Below, piece by piece: positions 45,803 to 60,217 of a DNA stretch of 64,000 bases. How positions within the stretch are numbered: position 1 is the first letter of the stretch; every line of letters starts with the position of its first letter. The stretch is taken from NCBI RefSeq assembly GCF_009914755.1, contig NC_060925.1; one strand, 5' to 3'. The DNA is from the human T2T-CHM13v2.0 reference genome, Homo sapiens. The position numbers were made by a program, and so were the translations under genes. The notes under the pieces were generated by a model. That model saw only the letters and a program-made list of their open reading frames with translations, was not told where the DNA came from and ran no database searches.

Positions 45803-47139
45803 GTATGTCTGTAACTCGGCCTTAGGATTCCCAGTGGCCAGATGGCCTCCTTAGCGCACCTCCTTCATGCCTCACCAGGCTGAATGGCTGAAGCAGTGGA
45901 GGGTGAGCAGCTCTCACCCACCCTCTTGCCGTGGGAGCAGCGGGGGTGGGTCCTGCAGGTGAGGGGGGAGTGAGAGAGTGCACCTCTGCTGTGTTTGTGT
46001 CCAGGCCTCCCTCAAAGGGAATGGGTGCCCACATCCAGAGGGCTGGCCGTGATCACAGGCCCAGCCTGTGCCTGGAGGAATTCTCCATTTGTTTGACCTT
46101 TGGGATTTTCAGAATGATGATCCCCAGTTGTGAAATCAAGGAGGTAGGATATGGAGAGTTAGGGTTAGGATGTTAGAATTGCGCATTTGCTGTTTCTAAA
46201 ATGCACTTAATCATCCTCTCAGTTCATTGAGGACCAGTTACATACCAAGACCCTCGTGTGCTTTTCCTTTGAATTCTCACAAAACCGAGAGGCTTTCCTG
46301 ATGAAGAAAGTGAGGTTCAAGCAGGTTTAAGTGAGTAATAGCCTAGGGTACATGGTGGGGCCTTCATTCAAATGAGGGTCTAAATTGAAAGCTTCGGCTC
46401 CTCCCACTCAAGCTGTGATGAAACTGGTGGGGAGCCAGAACCCTGGGCAGCATTCGCCTTCGGTTTGATGGCGGCCCTGTGCTGCCCAGGAGCCAGGCCC
46501 CGACCCTCACATCATGGGAGGTCAGAGTCATCATCCTGAGTATTGATTCTCATTGTTTGTGATGTGGAATTCACAGTCAATACAGTGTAATTTAGGGGAT
46601 AGTCCATTTACTCCTGTAAGAAACTTTATAAAATGCTGGGGCCATGGACAGGGCCTGCAGGCCTAATCTTTCACCTTCTCCAAAGTTTCCCAATAGACTA
46701 TTTGCGAAGATGGAATAAGGCCCACATCCCAAATAGAAGGGTCAGGGCACAGCCAGGCTGGAAGGGAGCACAGAACAAAATTTTCTGTTTTAAACCATGG
46801 AATTTGTCTTCTGAGAATTAGCCATTTGGGTCACAACTGCAAAGTGTGTCAGGTGATTAAGTAATAGATCAATGAAAGCTGGAGCAGATCTGAGCAAGGA
46901 ACATGAGTCTTGAAATGAATGCCTGGGCAGAGTCGGCACCTGGAACAGGTGATTTCCGAAGGCTTGCACTGTTACTTGGCCTGCCTCCTCTTGGCTTGAG
47001 ATCTAGGAGGAGAATATATAATAGATAGGAATGCCTGTCATAGTCACAGGCCATTAAAAATTCTCTGGGGGAATACTTTTTTCTCTGAGTAATTTGGCTG
47101 AATACAAAAGAGCAAATACATTCTTAGAGATGACATTTG

Positions 47140-47300
47140 ATATAAACTTCCTGTATGCCAGGCGCTGTTCGAAACACTGTATCTGAATTAACAACCCTGA
47201 GAGGTAGGTATTATTCCAGTTTTACAGTTCAGGAAAATGAGGCACAGAGTGGTTAAGTAAATTACCCAAGGCCACACAGCTAGGAAATGATTAAACCACT
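47140..47300 (-). mobile_element. MIR
   Basis: aggaaaatgaggcacagagtggttaagtaaattacccaaggccacacagct core. Confidence 0.8.
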
Positions 47301-47746
47301 GGAAACTTGACCATTTTACATTGCCTCACTATAAAGAAACCTTAAGTACATTCTCTAGCATCCCTCAATGAAACCTGCTACCTTTCTTTTAAGTTTTTAG
47401 AATATGTATTAAAAGGAAAGAGTATGCTTTTCGAAAGGGAAAAATAGTTTAGCTACGTCTTGCAGGTTAGTAATGTCAACTAAAAATCAAAATAGCTTTG
47501 ATATAAAATTCACTATGGACTTTACCAGCATCACCTATTTTCTGGGTTGAACATAATAAAAAAAATTAGTCCTTAAAGCATGTTTTACTGAAAGATCTAG
47601 AATCTTGGGGCAAGAGAATGTCATGAAATCAGTTTCATGACATCGTTTCACCAGCTGGATATTTTTTTGCAGAATGTTTTACCTAGCAGTAGACACTGGA
47701 TGAGTTAGCTACCAGATGGTCTTCTCCTTTTTTAAAAAAAAACCAA

Positions 47747-48126
<380 letters not shown>

Positions 48127-48199
48127 TTAAAGTTACCCTGGGTGGAGGTGTGAGGAGATTGGCTTCTAGGCTCTCATTGTTTGTCTTGCTTTTTCCTAG

Positions 48200-48280
48200 G
48201 CCATTGCAATCATGGAAGTAGCTCACGGCAAAGATCATCCATATATTTCTGAGATCAAACAGGAAATTGAAAGCCACTGA
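48200..48280 (+). CDS. SMYD2: SMYD2 exon 12 coding part (AIAIMEVAHGKDHPYISEIKQEIESH*)
   Basis: tttcctag| acceptor; TGA at 48278-48280. Confidence 0.97.
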   Translation, partial: AIAIMEVAHGKDHPYISEIKQEIESH

Positions 48281-48632
48281 AACTATGCAGCATTTCAGTT
48301 TTCATTTAAACACTTAGTTCAGAAACCTTAAAGGATTTGAATATTTCAAATTGCACACGTCACTCCAGCATCTCTGTAAAATAATTGGAATGAAAATACT
48401 TCTTGCACTTAAACACTGCACATGCCGTACTTTGAGGTTAGTCTGAATCTTGAACTTTAATACCAAATTAATTTTGAATGCTTTTGTTTCCTAAGAGATA
48501 ATGGCATGGTTTCATATGTTATACTTTGGACAGACAGAGTTTTAAAAATGGAATTATTTTTTCTTTCATGCCTCTTGTAATGTTCTGAACAAACTTGAAT
48601 GATGAAAGTATTAAAGAGATATCAGTATTTGA
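48281..48632 (+). other. SMYD2: SMYD2 3' UTR (end approximate)
   Basis: AT-rich unique sequence between stop codon and ATTAAA. Confidence 0.8.
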
Positions 48633-48655
48633 GGTTTGTATTTTCTTCTGTCTCT
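48610..48655 (+). terminator. SMYD2 polyadenylation signal ATTAAA with downstream GU/U-rich element
   Basis: ATTAAA 48610-48615 followed by gtatttgaggtttgtattttcttctgtctct. Confidence 0.75.
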
Positions 48656-50479
48656 GGGGAGGATTTCTCAGTGGTGGTGGGAGCCCAGTCTTGGAGTGAA
48701 AGTGACACCTGCTGTCCATAATTCAGCAAGCTCAAGTCTTCTCCATGGGACTGGGGTCGGGCAGCCTCTTTATTCTGCAGTTGCTCTTGTGGGGCTGTGC
48801 CTGTGGAGGAAGAAAATGGGAAGAAAGAGAAAAAGGTACACGAAGGAAAGAAAACTATCATCTATCTGTGGTGGAGGAACAGTCCAGTGACCCAAGTGCC
48901 CTCCAGCAGGCGAGGTTTTGAATCTGTTCTCTGGTGCCTGGTATTCCTTCAGTGTGTAAAGGTGCTTAGTGCGTGCTTTGCTTTCTTGGCTTTTCTGTCC
49001 CCATCTGTCTGAAAGCAGACTTGCCATCTCTCATTCTGTTGATTGTTCTGTGCAGTACTCTCCTTTTTGGAAAAACTCCAGGGTATGCTTGGGAAGGAAA
49101 AAAATTTTTTTCCTTACCAACCAACGCTGTGTTGTTGAGTAAACACTGATCTCTACCCACACAGACAACAGGAATCCAGCTTTCTGCAGCCCCACAGCCT
49201 AGACAGCAGCAACCTGGGGAGTTGTTTGTTAGCAACCATTGCACAGAAGGACGCAGCACACGTTCCTGAGTGCAGGGGTGTTACTCTTAGAAAAGCGTCT
49301 TGTAGTCGAAAGAGAGGAACTTCCCCACTGGTTAATAAGTAAAGCCTGTTGAAATTTACATGTCAATTACCTTTCATAGTCATGGTCCGAAAACAGCTAG
49401 AACAGCTGTAAATCTGGTACATTTTCCTTCCCTCCTCATCTACACGCACCCACATCTTCACACACACTCATGCCCCTCTTTCACACGCAGTTTGCTGCAC
49501 ACAGTGGGATTTAGCAGATAGAATGCATTCTCTTGTCCTGTGTAGTCCAATAAGACATTTACTGAACACCTGGTACTATCTATGCTAAATGCTCTGAATA
49601 GCTCTCTAGGTGCAAAGAGAAGAGTAAGGCATGGTCCCAGATCAGTGGAACTTAGGTTTTAAGAATGTTCACTTACTATACATTCTGTGACGAAGCCTAA
49701 AATAAACTTAGCCTACCATCTCTATAGGTTTTATAAAATTTGCAAAAGTAATCCTTTCTCAGTAAATTCAAGTAATGGAAATGTATATGAAAAAAGTAAA
49801 CTTCTTTGTTCTTCACCAGTCCCACTGCGTGGAGCTAACTGCCATAAACAGTTTGCTTTATATGGTCCCAGGTTTTTCCATTCCTGGATGATGATGTAGC
49901 TATATAAATAGATTTAGAAGAACAAAGACAGGATGGTACTGACATAGGATTTTGTAACGTGCTTCTCCAAACGAACAAAATGGATCTCTTTGCATTTCAG
50001 CACTTACAGATTTGCCTCATTCTATTTAGAGGCAGAATATTGCATTGGATGCATGTCATCATGGACTCGGTACTTCTATTTATGGACAGGAGGTTTTTTT
50101 TCCCAGTTTGCTGCTATTACAAACAATGCCACAATGAATGATCTGAAACATAAAACTTTGCGTTGTGTGGTAGCATTTTGGGGAATAGATTCCTGGAAGT
50201 GCAATTTCAAGATCCAATAGTGGGAATATTTTTAAAATTTGAATAAATATAGCCACATTTCCTTTTGTAAAAAAAAAAAAAAAACTGCATCAGATACAAA
50301 TAAGATAGATATAATAGTATTTGCTTTCCTCTCCCTCATAACGTTGTATTATCATTAAAATGTTTTTGGCAATGTAATGTGTGAAATATTTTGTTTTATA
50401 TGCATTTATTAGTGAGATTGGACTGTTTTTCATATATTCAGGATTTATTTTATTTCTTCGGTGAATTGACATTCATGGC

Positions 50480-51479
50480 TGAGCTGTTTTTAGCACAACA
50501 CTTTCTGACACCGAATGTTTGAGGTTTTATCTCACACCAGCTATTCTCTAACTCTTTGGACACCAACTGTGTGTCCTACAATTCAGTTCTATTCTGATAC
50601 TACCCTGGAGTTAGCGTCAGACTCCATAGGTTTAAAGACTCCATCCCATAAGACTTCCCTCACTTCAGATGCCAGTTGGAAGGATCTCACTCGGTCACCC
50701 AGGCTGGAGTGCAGTGGCGTTATTTTTTTTGTTGTTTTTAGAGGTGGGTCTTGCTGTCTTGCCCAGGCTGGTCTCAAACTCCTGGCCTAAAGGGATCCTC
50801 CCACCTCGGCTTCCCAAAGTACTGGAATTATAGGCACGAACCACCTTGCCTGGCTCCCAGGTTACCCAGTTTCTATCATCTGACTTGGCCACAAAGTCAG
50901 GGGGTTGCCACAATCCCCTCGCCTTCATGTTCGATAATTTGCTAGAATGGCTTATCAGAGTCCGGAAAACATTTTACTTCCTATTACTAGCTTATTATAA
51001 AGGATACAAATGAACAGGCAAATGAAGGGTACATAGGGCAAGGTCTGGAAGGGTCCCGGGTACAGGAACTTCCATCCTCATGGAGCTGGGGGTGTGACAT
51101 CTTCCTGGCACATGGACGTGTACACCAACTCGGAAGCCCTCCAAACCCCATTGTACAGGGTTTAAATCATTGATCATTTGACTTAAATGATCATTAGTCA
51201 TTTAATAAAATCATTAGCAATTGATGATTAACTCAGTCTGCAGCCCTTCTATCTTCCCCACAGGTTGGGGAGTTGAGGCTGAACATTCCAAGCTTCTAAT
51301 TAAGGCTTGGTCTTTCTGGAGGTCACCCCTCATCCTGAAGCTACCTAGAGGCACACCAAGAGTTGCTGTATTAGAACAAAAGAGACTCCTATCACTTAGG
51401 AAATTCCAAGGGTCTTTTAAGAGGAGCTGTGTCCCAGGAACTGAGGACAATGACCAAATAATCTTTCTATGACACTAAA
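50480..51479 (-). mobile_element. MER21-type 3' LTR, interrupted by an internally deleted AluJ-like element (~50683-50855)
   Basis: Shares caccaactgtgtgtcctacaattca and cacttcagatgccagt with the second LTR; resembles recalled MER21 consensus. Confidence 0.85.
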
Positions 51480-52439
51480 GGACACCCTTTTGGTCTCTGA
51501 CCACAGATTACTCATAAAAAAGGATGATATTTACTGGCATATTTCTAGCTTCCCGTGTAGTCACTGGTAATCCAGTCTATCATCCTACTGCATGAAAATG
51601 TCTCCCTAGCTGAGGCCACTCAGGCGTACAGGCTTCTATTTGATCTTGTCAGGTTCCACAGGCGAGAGTGATCTTGGCAATATGTCTTTACCCTTTCAGG
51701 CCTCTGGTATAATTGAGCTAAGAGACAATATCATCTCTTGTTCTGAGCCTTTTTCAAGATGTCAGCACGATACTGGATTTCCCCTATTACATAACTCATT
51801 TAATCATTCCTTTGCCCTCAGCTGCTATTTCTCCTCTCCATTTATCCCCTTTGTTCATTCACCTTTGGAAGAGACATTAGGTTCCACCTCTGTGCTTGTC
51901 TAGGTTGCAGACAGCAATACTAGTCTAACAAAAATGCCTCCCCTTCAGTCCACTCCCTTCAGGTACGGTAGGATTCTGTAGGTACAGAACTAATGGGCTA
52001 TTTCTGACACTAGGCAATAGAGCTGCATTCACTGGTAACCCTGATTTTGCCAGATAGATAGGATGAAGGCCTGACCTGCCCCATCAGACCCTTAAGAATT
52101 CTGACATAAAGGTTTAGAAACGTAGTTCAGTTTCTTGCTTAGAAATCATCCCTGTTTCTAGCACTGGTAGTTGCAGCCCTGGTCCTGGGACCACTGCATC
52201 AGATAGGAAAAAGAAAGTTGAGATGATGTAGGAAAGGAAAAAAAAAAAAAAGTATGGTTATACCAGCATCTTTTCCTTGGGAAGAATGGTGGTCATACCA
52301 GCACTCTTTCCCAACCCCTCTGCCCCAGTTTCACCAGGAAAACAGGACTCTCTCCAGTGGGGACACTCCCTTAGGCCCCCCCTTATTTTATGTGAGCACA
52401 CACTTGTGAAGGCATGGAAGCCAGCCCTTCCTGCCTTTA

Positions 52440-54100
52440 TCTCCCCCCATTTTAGACAGTAAATATTTCAACTGCCTGTTCCAATTCTCTATTAAGCCAT
52501 TTCTCTGAGGATAATATGCAACACAAAGTGCCCATTTGCTGAGCTATCTCTTCCCACTGGAGGACACGGTGGGCTGCAAAGTGTGTCCCTTGGTCTGGAA
52601 TGGGTGCAGTATCTTCTGGTTCTTTTGTAGCACTCTAAGCATAGTTGCATCTACCACTGGGTAAGCAAATCCCAGTCCAGAGTCAGTGTTGATTTCTCTC
52701 AGGACCCAGTTGTAGCCTCCTGGGCCTACTGGCATTAACCTGACTTGTGAGCTATGTTCAGGGCCCCCCACCCCACCCAAAACAGCCCTTACTGGCATTT
52801 TGTTTCTCAGAGGGTGCAACAGGAGTATGTCTAGATTGAGCCCATCTCTGCATTATTGCAGCCTGTCCCTGCCATGTCCACTCATTTCATGGACCTAGGT
52901 GGCCACCTAGGTGAGCACATGAGGGTATCTGCTGTTGATTCCATTTACCTTCTGATGTCAGAAGGGTTTTCTTTTGATGGGCATTGATAGGTCCTACTTT
53001 AATGCACTCTTCAAATTCCTATGGTGGTTCCCATCTGTGTGGCCCGTCCCTTTAATGGCCCAGGTTTCCATTCCCCTTCTGCCTGGCCATATTCACCAGC
53101 ACCAGTGAGCTGGTAAAAACCAAAACGTGGTGACAAACAGCAAGCAGTTCAGTCCACCAAGCTGACTTTTACCCTTCTCTGATCAGAGTAGTGACCTTCC
53201 AAACTAGATGTCCATTCACTTTGGAACTGTAGTCCATAAACCAAGCAGTTCTTTGTTGGTTAGTGAAAGGCTGTTTCTGGGCACTGTCCAAGTGGCAATA
53301 GATCCGACAGCTTCTCATGCAGTACCAGTCAGTCCTAGGACAAAACAGCTTCCCTGTTTGTGAATATGTCCTTGCATTCCTCAGGTAACAAGATCCTGTA
53401 GAAACCATTTCATTTTATGATGGAACTCTTCTGGGCACTGCCATCCACGTTAGAGTGCTTCTCCAACATCATCTAAGGCATTATGGGTATTTCAGGTTTC
53501 AAGATTATTTTATGCCCTTCAGTCATAGGAGTATTTTCAATTAATGTCTGATGAGATGAATTGCTTCTCAAATGGAAATTTTCTAGTCCACAGTCCCAGT
53601 AGTCATCGCTGGGAGGTGCTCACAGGCTTTTGCCGTAAGTCCCAGCCAGTGCTCCACAAAGAACTATCCCACAGAGATTTTGTGTATATCAGCACTCCAG
53701 CTTTTATTCTACACTGTGTGGGCTTGGGCAATCTTACTGGTTCCCATTTAGCATGTCCAATTAATATTGCTTGAAGATGATTTATACACCTTCTTCTTTG
53801 CAGACACAGTTCCTCAGTTAAACCTAATGTCCATCCCCATAATACATTCAGATGCAACTTTTTGTACAAATTTTCACCTTAATCTCATCAACCCCTACAG
53901 TCCTAACTGTAGCCACCATCGGACATCATCAACAAGTTTTAGTTTTACAATATTAGGTAAAGAAAGTGTTCCCCAAGATGACATAATATCCATTCCCACA
54001 AAACATTCAAGTAAAGGAGACACAATTTTACAAAAAGTCTGTTTAAACATTCTAACTTTCATAATCCTGTCAACTCTTCTGTATTCCCTCAACCTAATTC
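52440..54100 (-). pseudogene. Decayed ERVL-like pro/pol remnants
   Basis: Protease-like VSPLLECFVGMDIMSSW, AILIGHAKWEP, RNaseH-like TAWFMDYSS, integrase-like NTDSGLGFAYP and YYPQRNGLIENWNRQLK; stops and frameshifts throughout. Confidence 0.8.
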
Positions 54101-54456
54101 TAGCTTATGTTAGAGCTTCACCAGTGGGTTTGGATACCACAGTCCATGAAGCCCCCATGTAAAGGAGTTCCAGAAATTTCTCCACCCCCTAAATGGGTGG
54201 AGTACATAACCCATTCATGTACATAACCCATTCATGTACATAACCCATTCATTTACATAAAGCTTTGGGTCACCAGCAGGGGGTTGAGGCAAAGAACTCT
54301 GACCTTTTTGTCAGTCTTGGTCTTGGTTAATCTTACTATTGTCCTGTGATTCCAGGTCAGGTTTCTCATTGTAATCTTGGCCTTCTGGCTTTTAAAATTT
54401 CTCCAAACTGGAGTAAATAGAGTGAACTTGTTTGGGACCCTTTAATGTTGGGTGAC

Positions 54457-54834
54457 TGATATGTTTTTGCTGTGTCCCCACCCAAATCTCATTTTGAATT
54501 GTAGCTCCCATAATTCCCATGTGTTGCGGGAGGGACCTGGTGGGACATAATTGAATCATGGGGGTGGTTTCCCCCATACTGTTCTCGTGGTAGTGAATAA
54601 GTCTCACGAGATCTGATGGTTTTATAAGGGGAAACCTCTTTCCCTTTGGCTCTCATTCTCTCTTATCTGCTGCCACGTAAGACGTGCCTTTTGCCTTCCA
54701 CCATGATTGTGAGGCCACCCCAGCCACATGGAAGTGTGAGTCTGTTAAACTTCTTTTTCTTTATACCCAGTCTGATAAAGACATACCCGAGACTGGGTAT
54801 GTCTTTATCAGCAGTGTGAAAATGGACTAATACC
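54457..54834 (+). mobile_element. THE1 (THE1C-like) MaLR solo LTR nested in the provirus
   Basis: tgatatg...tgtgtccccacccaaatctc start, gtgaataagtctcacgagatctgatgg core, gactaatac end. Confidence 0.9.
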
Positions 54835-54881
54835 ATTAGGAGACACTTTGGTCCACCCAAACTTTAATAGTGCTGTATTAA

Positions 54882-55239
<358 letters not shown>

Positions 55240-56561
55240 TAATAACCATTCAAGGTTTTCACCCTGCTGGGACAAGTCTGTTGACTCTTTCCCTTTCTTT
55301 TTGCTTTTTGTTTTGCCACTATCAATGTTTTCTTTATTCACTCCATTTCTTAACCATTTAAAAATTTCTACCCTCTTAGGATGAATCCCTGGACTCATCC
55401 CTCTACCTTTCATACCTATGCCTAATTCATATTTTCCTGTGAATTAGTCTAGTGTTTTAATTAGCATCAGTAAGAACCATGAGAGGAAGCAGAGAGAGCA
55501 AATTTGATAGGGCTTCTAAGACTGTTGCTCAGTTTTGCAGCAGTAAAGTTATATGCGACACCCACGCAAAAGGTGCCCATGCCTCTTAATCATAACATTG
55601 ACCATGATCTTGGCAATGGGCATATTCAATGGGTGAGTGTCCCAATTACCAAAAAGCCAGTCCCACATGACTTGCATACACAGTTTATCAGGTACTTCAT
55701 CAGAGTGTTGCTTTTAACATTTATAGGGGGAGTTGGACAGCCTCACTTCTCAGAGTAAACATACCTCATAGTGCCTTTTATCCAGTCCACCAGGCTGGTT
55801 GTTTCTTCAGGAATAACCTGCTGTGTGTCTGTGTCAGATATAGCCATCTGTGATTGTTCCACAGTGAGCAGTGAGTCCTCTGTCAACCCAGACATGCTCT
55901 TTCATTCTGCAGCATTCAAAACCAAAGATACTGTCTCTAAATCAGTTACTCTCAGAATCCACTTAAGTAAGGGTTTTTCAGGAAGCTGATGATATTGATC
56001 TACAAATGCGACAACTCTTCCACACTATCCCCCCTGGTTTCAATAGTTTATTGGTTGTACCTTCCCCCTACACACACCAACTTCTTGGTGACCAGAGGTC
56101 TTAGAGGTACCCTTTGTTGTCTCCACATAATTCTACCCTTTGAGGGCAGCTTCAAGGCTAGTGGCCAAAGTTCAGACTGACCAAAATCTGAGTTTGGTTT
56201 AGCATCAAAGTCCATCCAGCACTCTTTTAATTTCACTTTAGCTATTACAGATATAACAAAAACCAAGGAGTTATATGTTCTGCACTTTTCCTATTCATTT
56301 ACATTTCCTTACGCATCCAATGAACCAATTCCTCAGCAGTTAGATCCACCTCCAAATTCCATTTGTAACTAAATTTAGTCACTGATAACAGCACAGCTGT
56401 CATGCTGGTCCATATCATGGGTGACTACATGACCACCCAGGAATCAAAGGTTCTGTATCTCCCACCCTTTCATCCTTTCTCTTCCCAAACCACTTTTCCA
56501 TTAGCTAGGACCATTCTAGTGAATCCTAAATTTTCTGACACTAAATAATCAGGGTCTTTCT

Positions 56562-56580
56562 AATCCCACTTCTGACACCA
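56562..56580 (-). promoter_or_regulatory. Retroviral primer-binding site, tRNA-Leu
   Basis: + strand AATCCCACTTCTGACACCA equals the recalled 3' end of tRNA-Leu(CAA); 3 nt from the LTR end. Confidence 0.88.
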
Positions 56581-56583
56581 ATA

Positions 56584-57679
<1,096 letters not shown>

Positions 57680-57919
57680 TGGCCATTGCTTGTTTTGCTA
57701 TATGTTAATGTCTTTCATAATAACTTCTGAGCTCTGTATATATTGGGGTATTAGCTCCTTGTCATATGTTAAAAATATTTTTACTCTAGTTGTCCATTAA
57801 CTTTATTTTTCATGACCCTTGCTGTACAAAAGCAGATTGTTTTCATCTTTAAGTGAATAAAACTATTACTGGTTTATTGTAAAAAGTAATATTAATTTTT
57901 ATTTAAATCTTTCATCTAG

Positions 57920-58221
<302 letters not shown>

Positions 58222-58244
58222 AGAATTGTTTAATAAGATATACA

Positions 58245-58544
58245 GGCCAAGCATGGTGGCTCATGTGTGTAATCCCAGCACTTTGGGAGTCCAAGGTGGG
58301 CTGATCACTTGAGCCCAGGAGTTCAGGATGAGCCTGTGCAACATGGCAAAACCCCATCTCTATAATAAATACAAAAATTAGCCGGGCGTGGTGGTGCATG
58401 CCTGTAGTCCCAGCTACTCGGGAGGCCGAGGTGGGATCACCCGCGCCCAGGAGGCACAGGGTTCAGTAAGCCAAGATCGTGCCACTGCACTCCAGGCTGG
58501 GCGACAGAGCGAGACCCAGTCTCAAATAAATAAAAATAATAAAA
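58245..58544 (+). mobile_element. AluJ-like
   Basis: Sense Alu consensus. Confidence 0.92.
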
Positions 58545-60154
58545 TATCCCATGGTATTCCTTAATAAATTTTAGTTTTCATTTATTGAATTACTTGTTGA
58601 ATTATTTATTATTTTCCCATGCTGATTTGGAAGGGTACCATTATCATTTCTCTAAGACTTTGGTTTATTTCTGCAGTATTTCATTCTATTGATCTATTCT
58701 TGTGCCAGTAAAATACTCTATTGTTGCACTGCAAAACTTTTAGTATATACTAGGGCTAATCCTTCTGGGTTCCCTTGAATTTTTCTGGTGGTGTTGTGAT
58801 TTTTTTATTGGACTTGCACTAGAGTCAGTGATATACAGAGAACTGGCCTCTTCAGGAGTCTTCCTATTCAAGAATGTGGTAAGTTTATCAATTTGTCTAA
58901 GTTTTGCCTCAGAAGGAGTTTTGCTGTGTTTATACAAGTCTCATTTATTCTTTTTGTTAGATGTTTCTTTTCTTTAGCTGAGTTTTTTTTTGCACCCATT
59001 ATGTTTCTTAACTAGTAAATCTGGTGAGTTTTTCCCATTTATTTTCATTAAATAAAATAAGAGGTAAAATCACATAAAATAGCCATATTTGGTTCTGGTA
59101 TTGTCATCTTATTGCATATTTGTGTGTGTGCGTTGCTGTTTCTTATACTTATCTTTAGTTTTGTGGGGAATTATTCTGTTTCTCTCTTTTTAAAAATTTT
59201 CTTCCCCAGCTCTGCTAACAGTATATTTGGAGACAAATACGTCTACCAGGTTACTGTTTTCTCTCTCAATTATGTAACAAACCTCTACTTTTTCTGTTTA
59301 TCAACCAAAGAAAAGAAACTGGTTCTATTTGCTCAGCTCACAAAAGAGAAAATGAATTAGTGTATCTGTTCTCCTGCCATTCTACCCGATTTATCTCCAT
59401 TTTCATTGGCCTATTTTGTCTACTATCATCTTTTTTAACATTATGTAGCCTTTCTTTCAATAATTATAATTGCTTTGTTGCCACAGTCGCCATAGAGAAT
59501 TAAGTGTATGTTTAATGAGATTTGCTTGCCATATCCTCTCACCCCAGAGTGGCTTACAGTATTCTCATTTTTTTGATGTGAAACTAGTTGGGATCTCTGG
59601 TAGTTCAACAACTGCTTGTATAGTCATGGGGTTGTCAATGCATTACTGGGAGAAGTTGTTATACTTTTCTGTTACTTACCAAGGATACATAAAGCATCTA
59701 CCCACATATGAGGGGTTCACCGTGAATGTGCTATGGTGGTTACTGGCTGAAAGTCTGGGACAGGACAGCCACCTTTAAACCTGGACACAAGTTGAGCTGT
59801 TATAAAGCTGAAAGGCAAAAGCAAGAATTTAAATTTTCTACAGCAGCCTGGTTGGTGCCTGCCTTTTCCACATCAACAGTTTGGTACCTGAGTAAATGAC
59901 AGTGAAGGAGGAGTGAGTAGGGGCTTGGAGCTTAACGAGGCTTATTGCTGCATTTGTGAGAAAGACCCATTTCTATGTATTCTTCACTCCACTTGCCTAG
60001 TGATCACCCCTTTCAGGTTTCTTCTAACAGTGACAACCTTGGGAATTTCAAACTAAATCTTCAGTATGATAAGGTTATGCAGGACTAAAAACTGGGTAGC
60101 AATAAATGGGCTTTAGAAAACAAAGCATGCAGGTTTTCCCAGGCACTTTCAACT

Positions 60155-60217
60155 AATGCAAACATATACAGTACAGAAAAGAGAAGATGTAACTTTTCTC
60201 TGAAAAAAAGGTTTATT
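60155..60217 (-). terminator. Minus-strand polyadenylation signal
   Basis: TTTATT on + at 60212-60217; minus-strand downstream sequence gttacatcttctcttttctgtactgtatatgtttgc is GU/U-rich. Confidence 0.75.

Noticed and set aside
49700-50247. AATAAA hexamers downstream of SMYD2 as distal poly(A) sites
   Set aside because: AT-rich background with no clear downstream GU-rich element; cannot be supported without 3'-end data
54202-54260. Short direct repeats considered as a CRISPR-like array
   Set aside because: No spacers and a eukaryotic context; simple minisatellite
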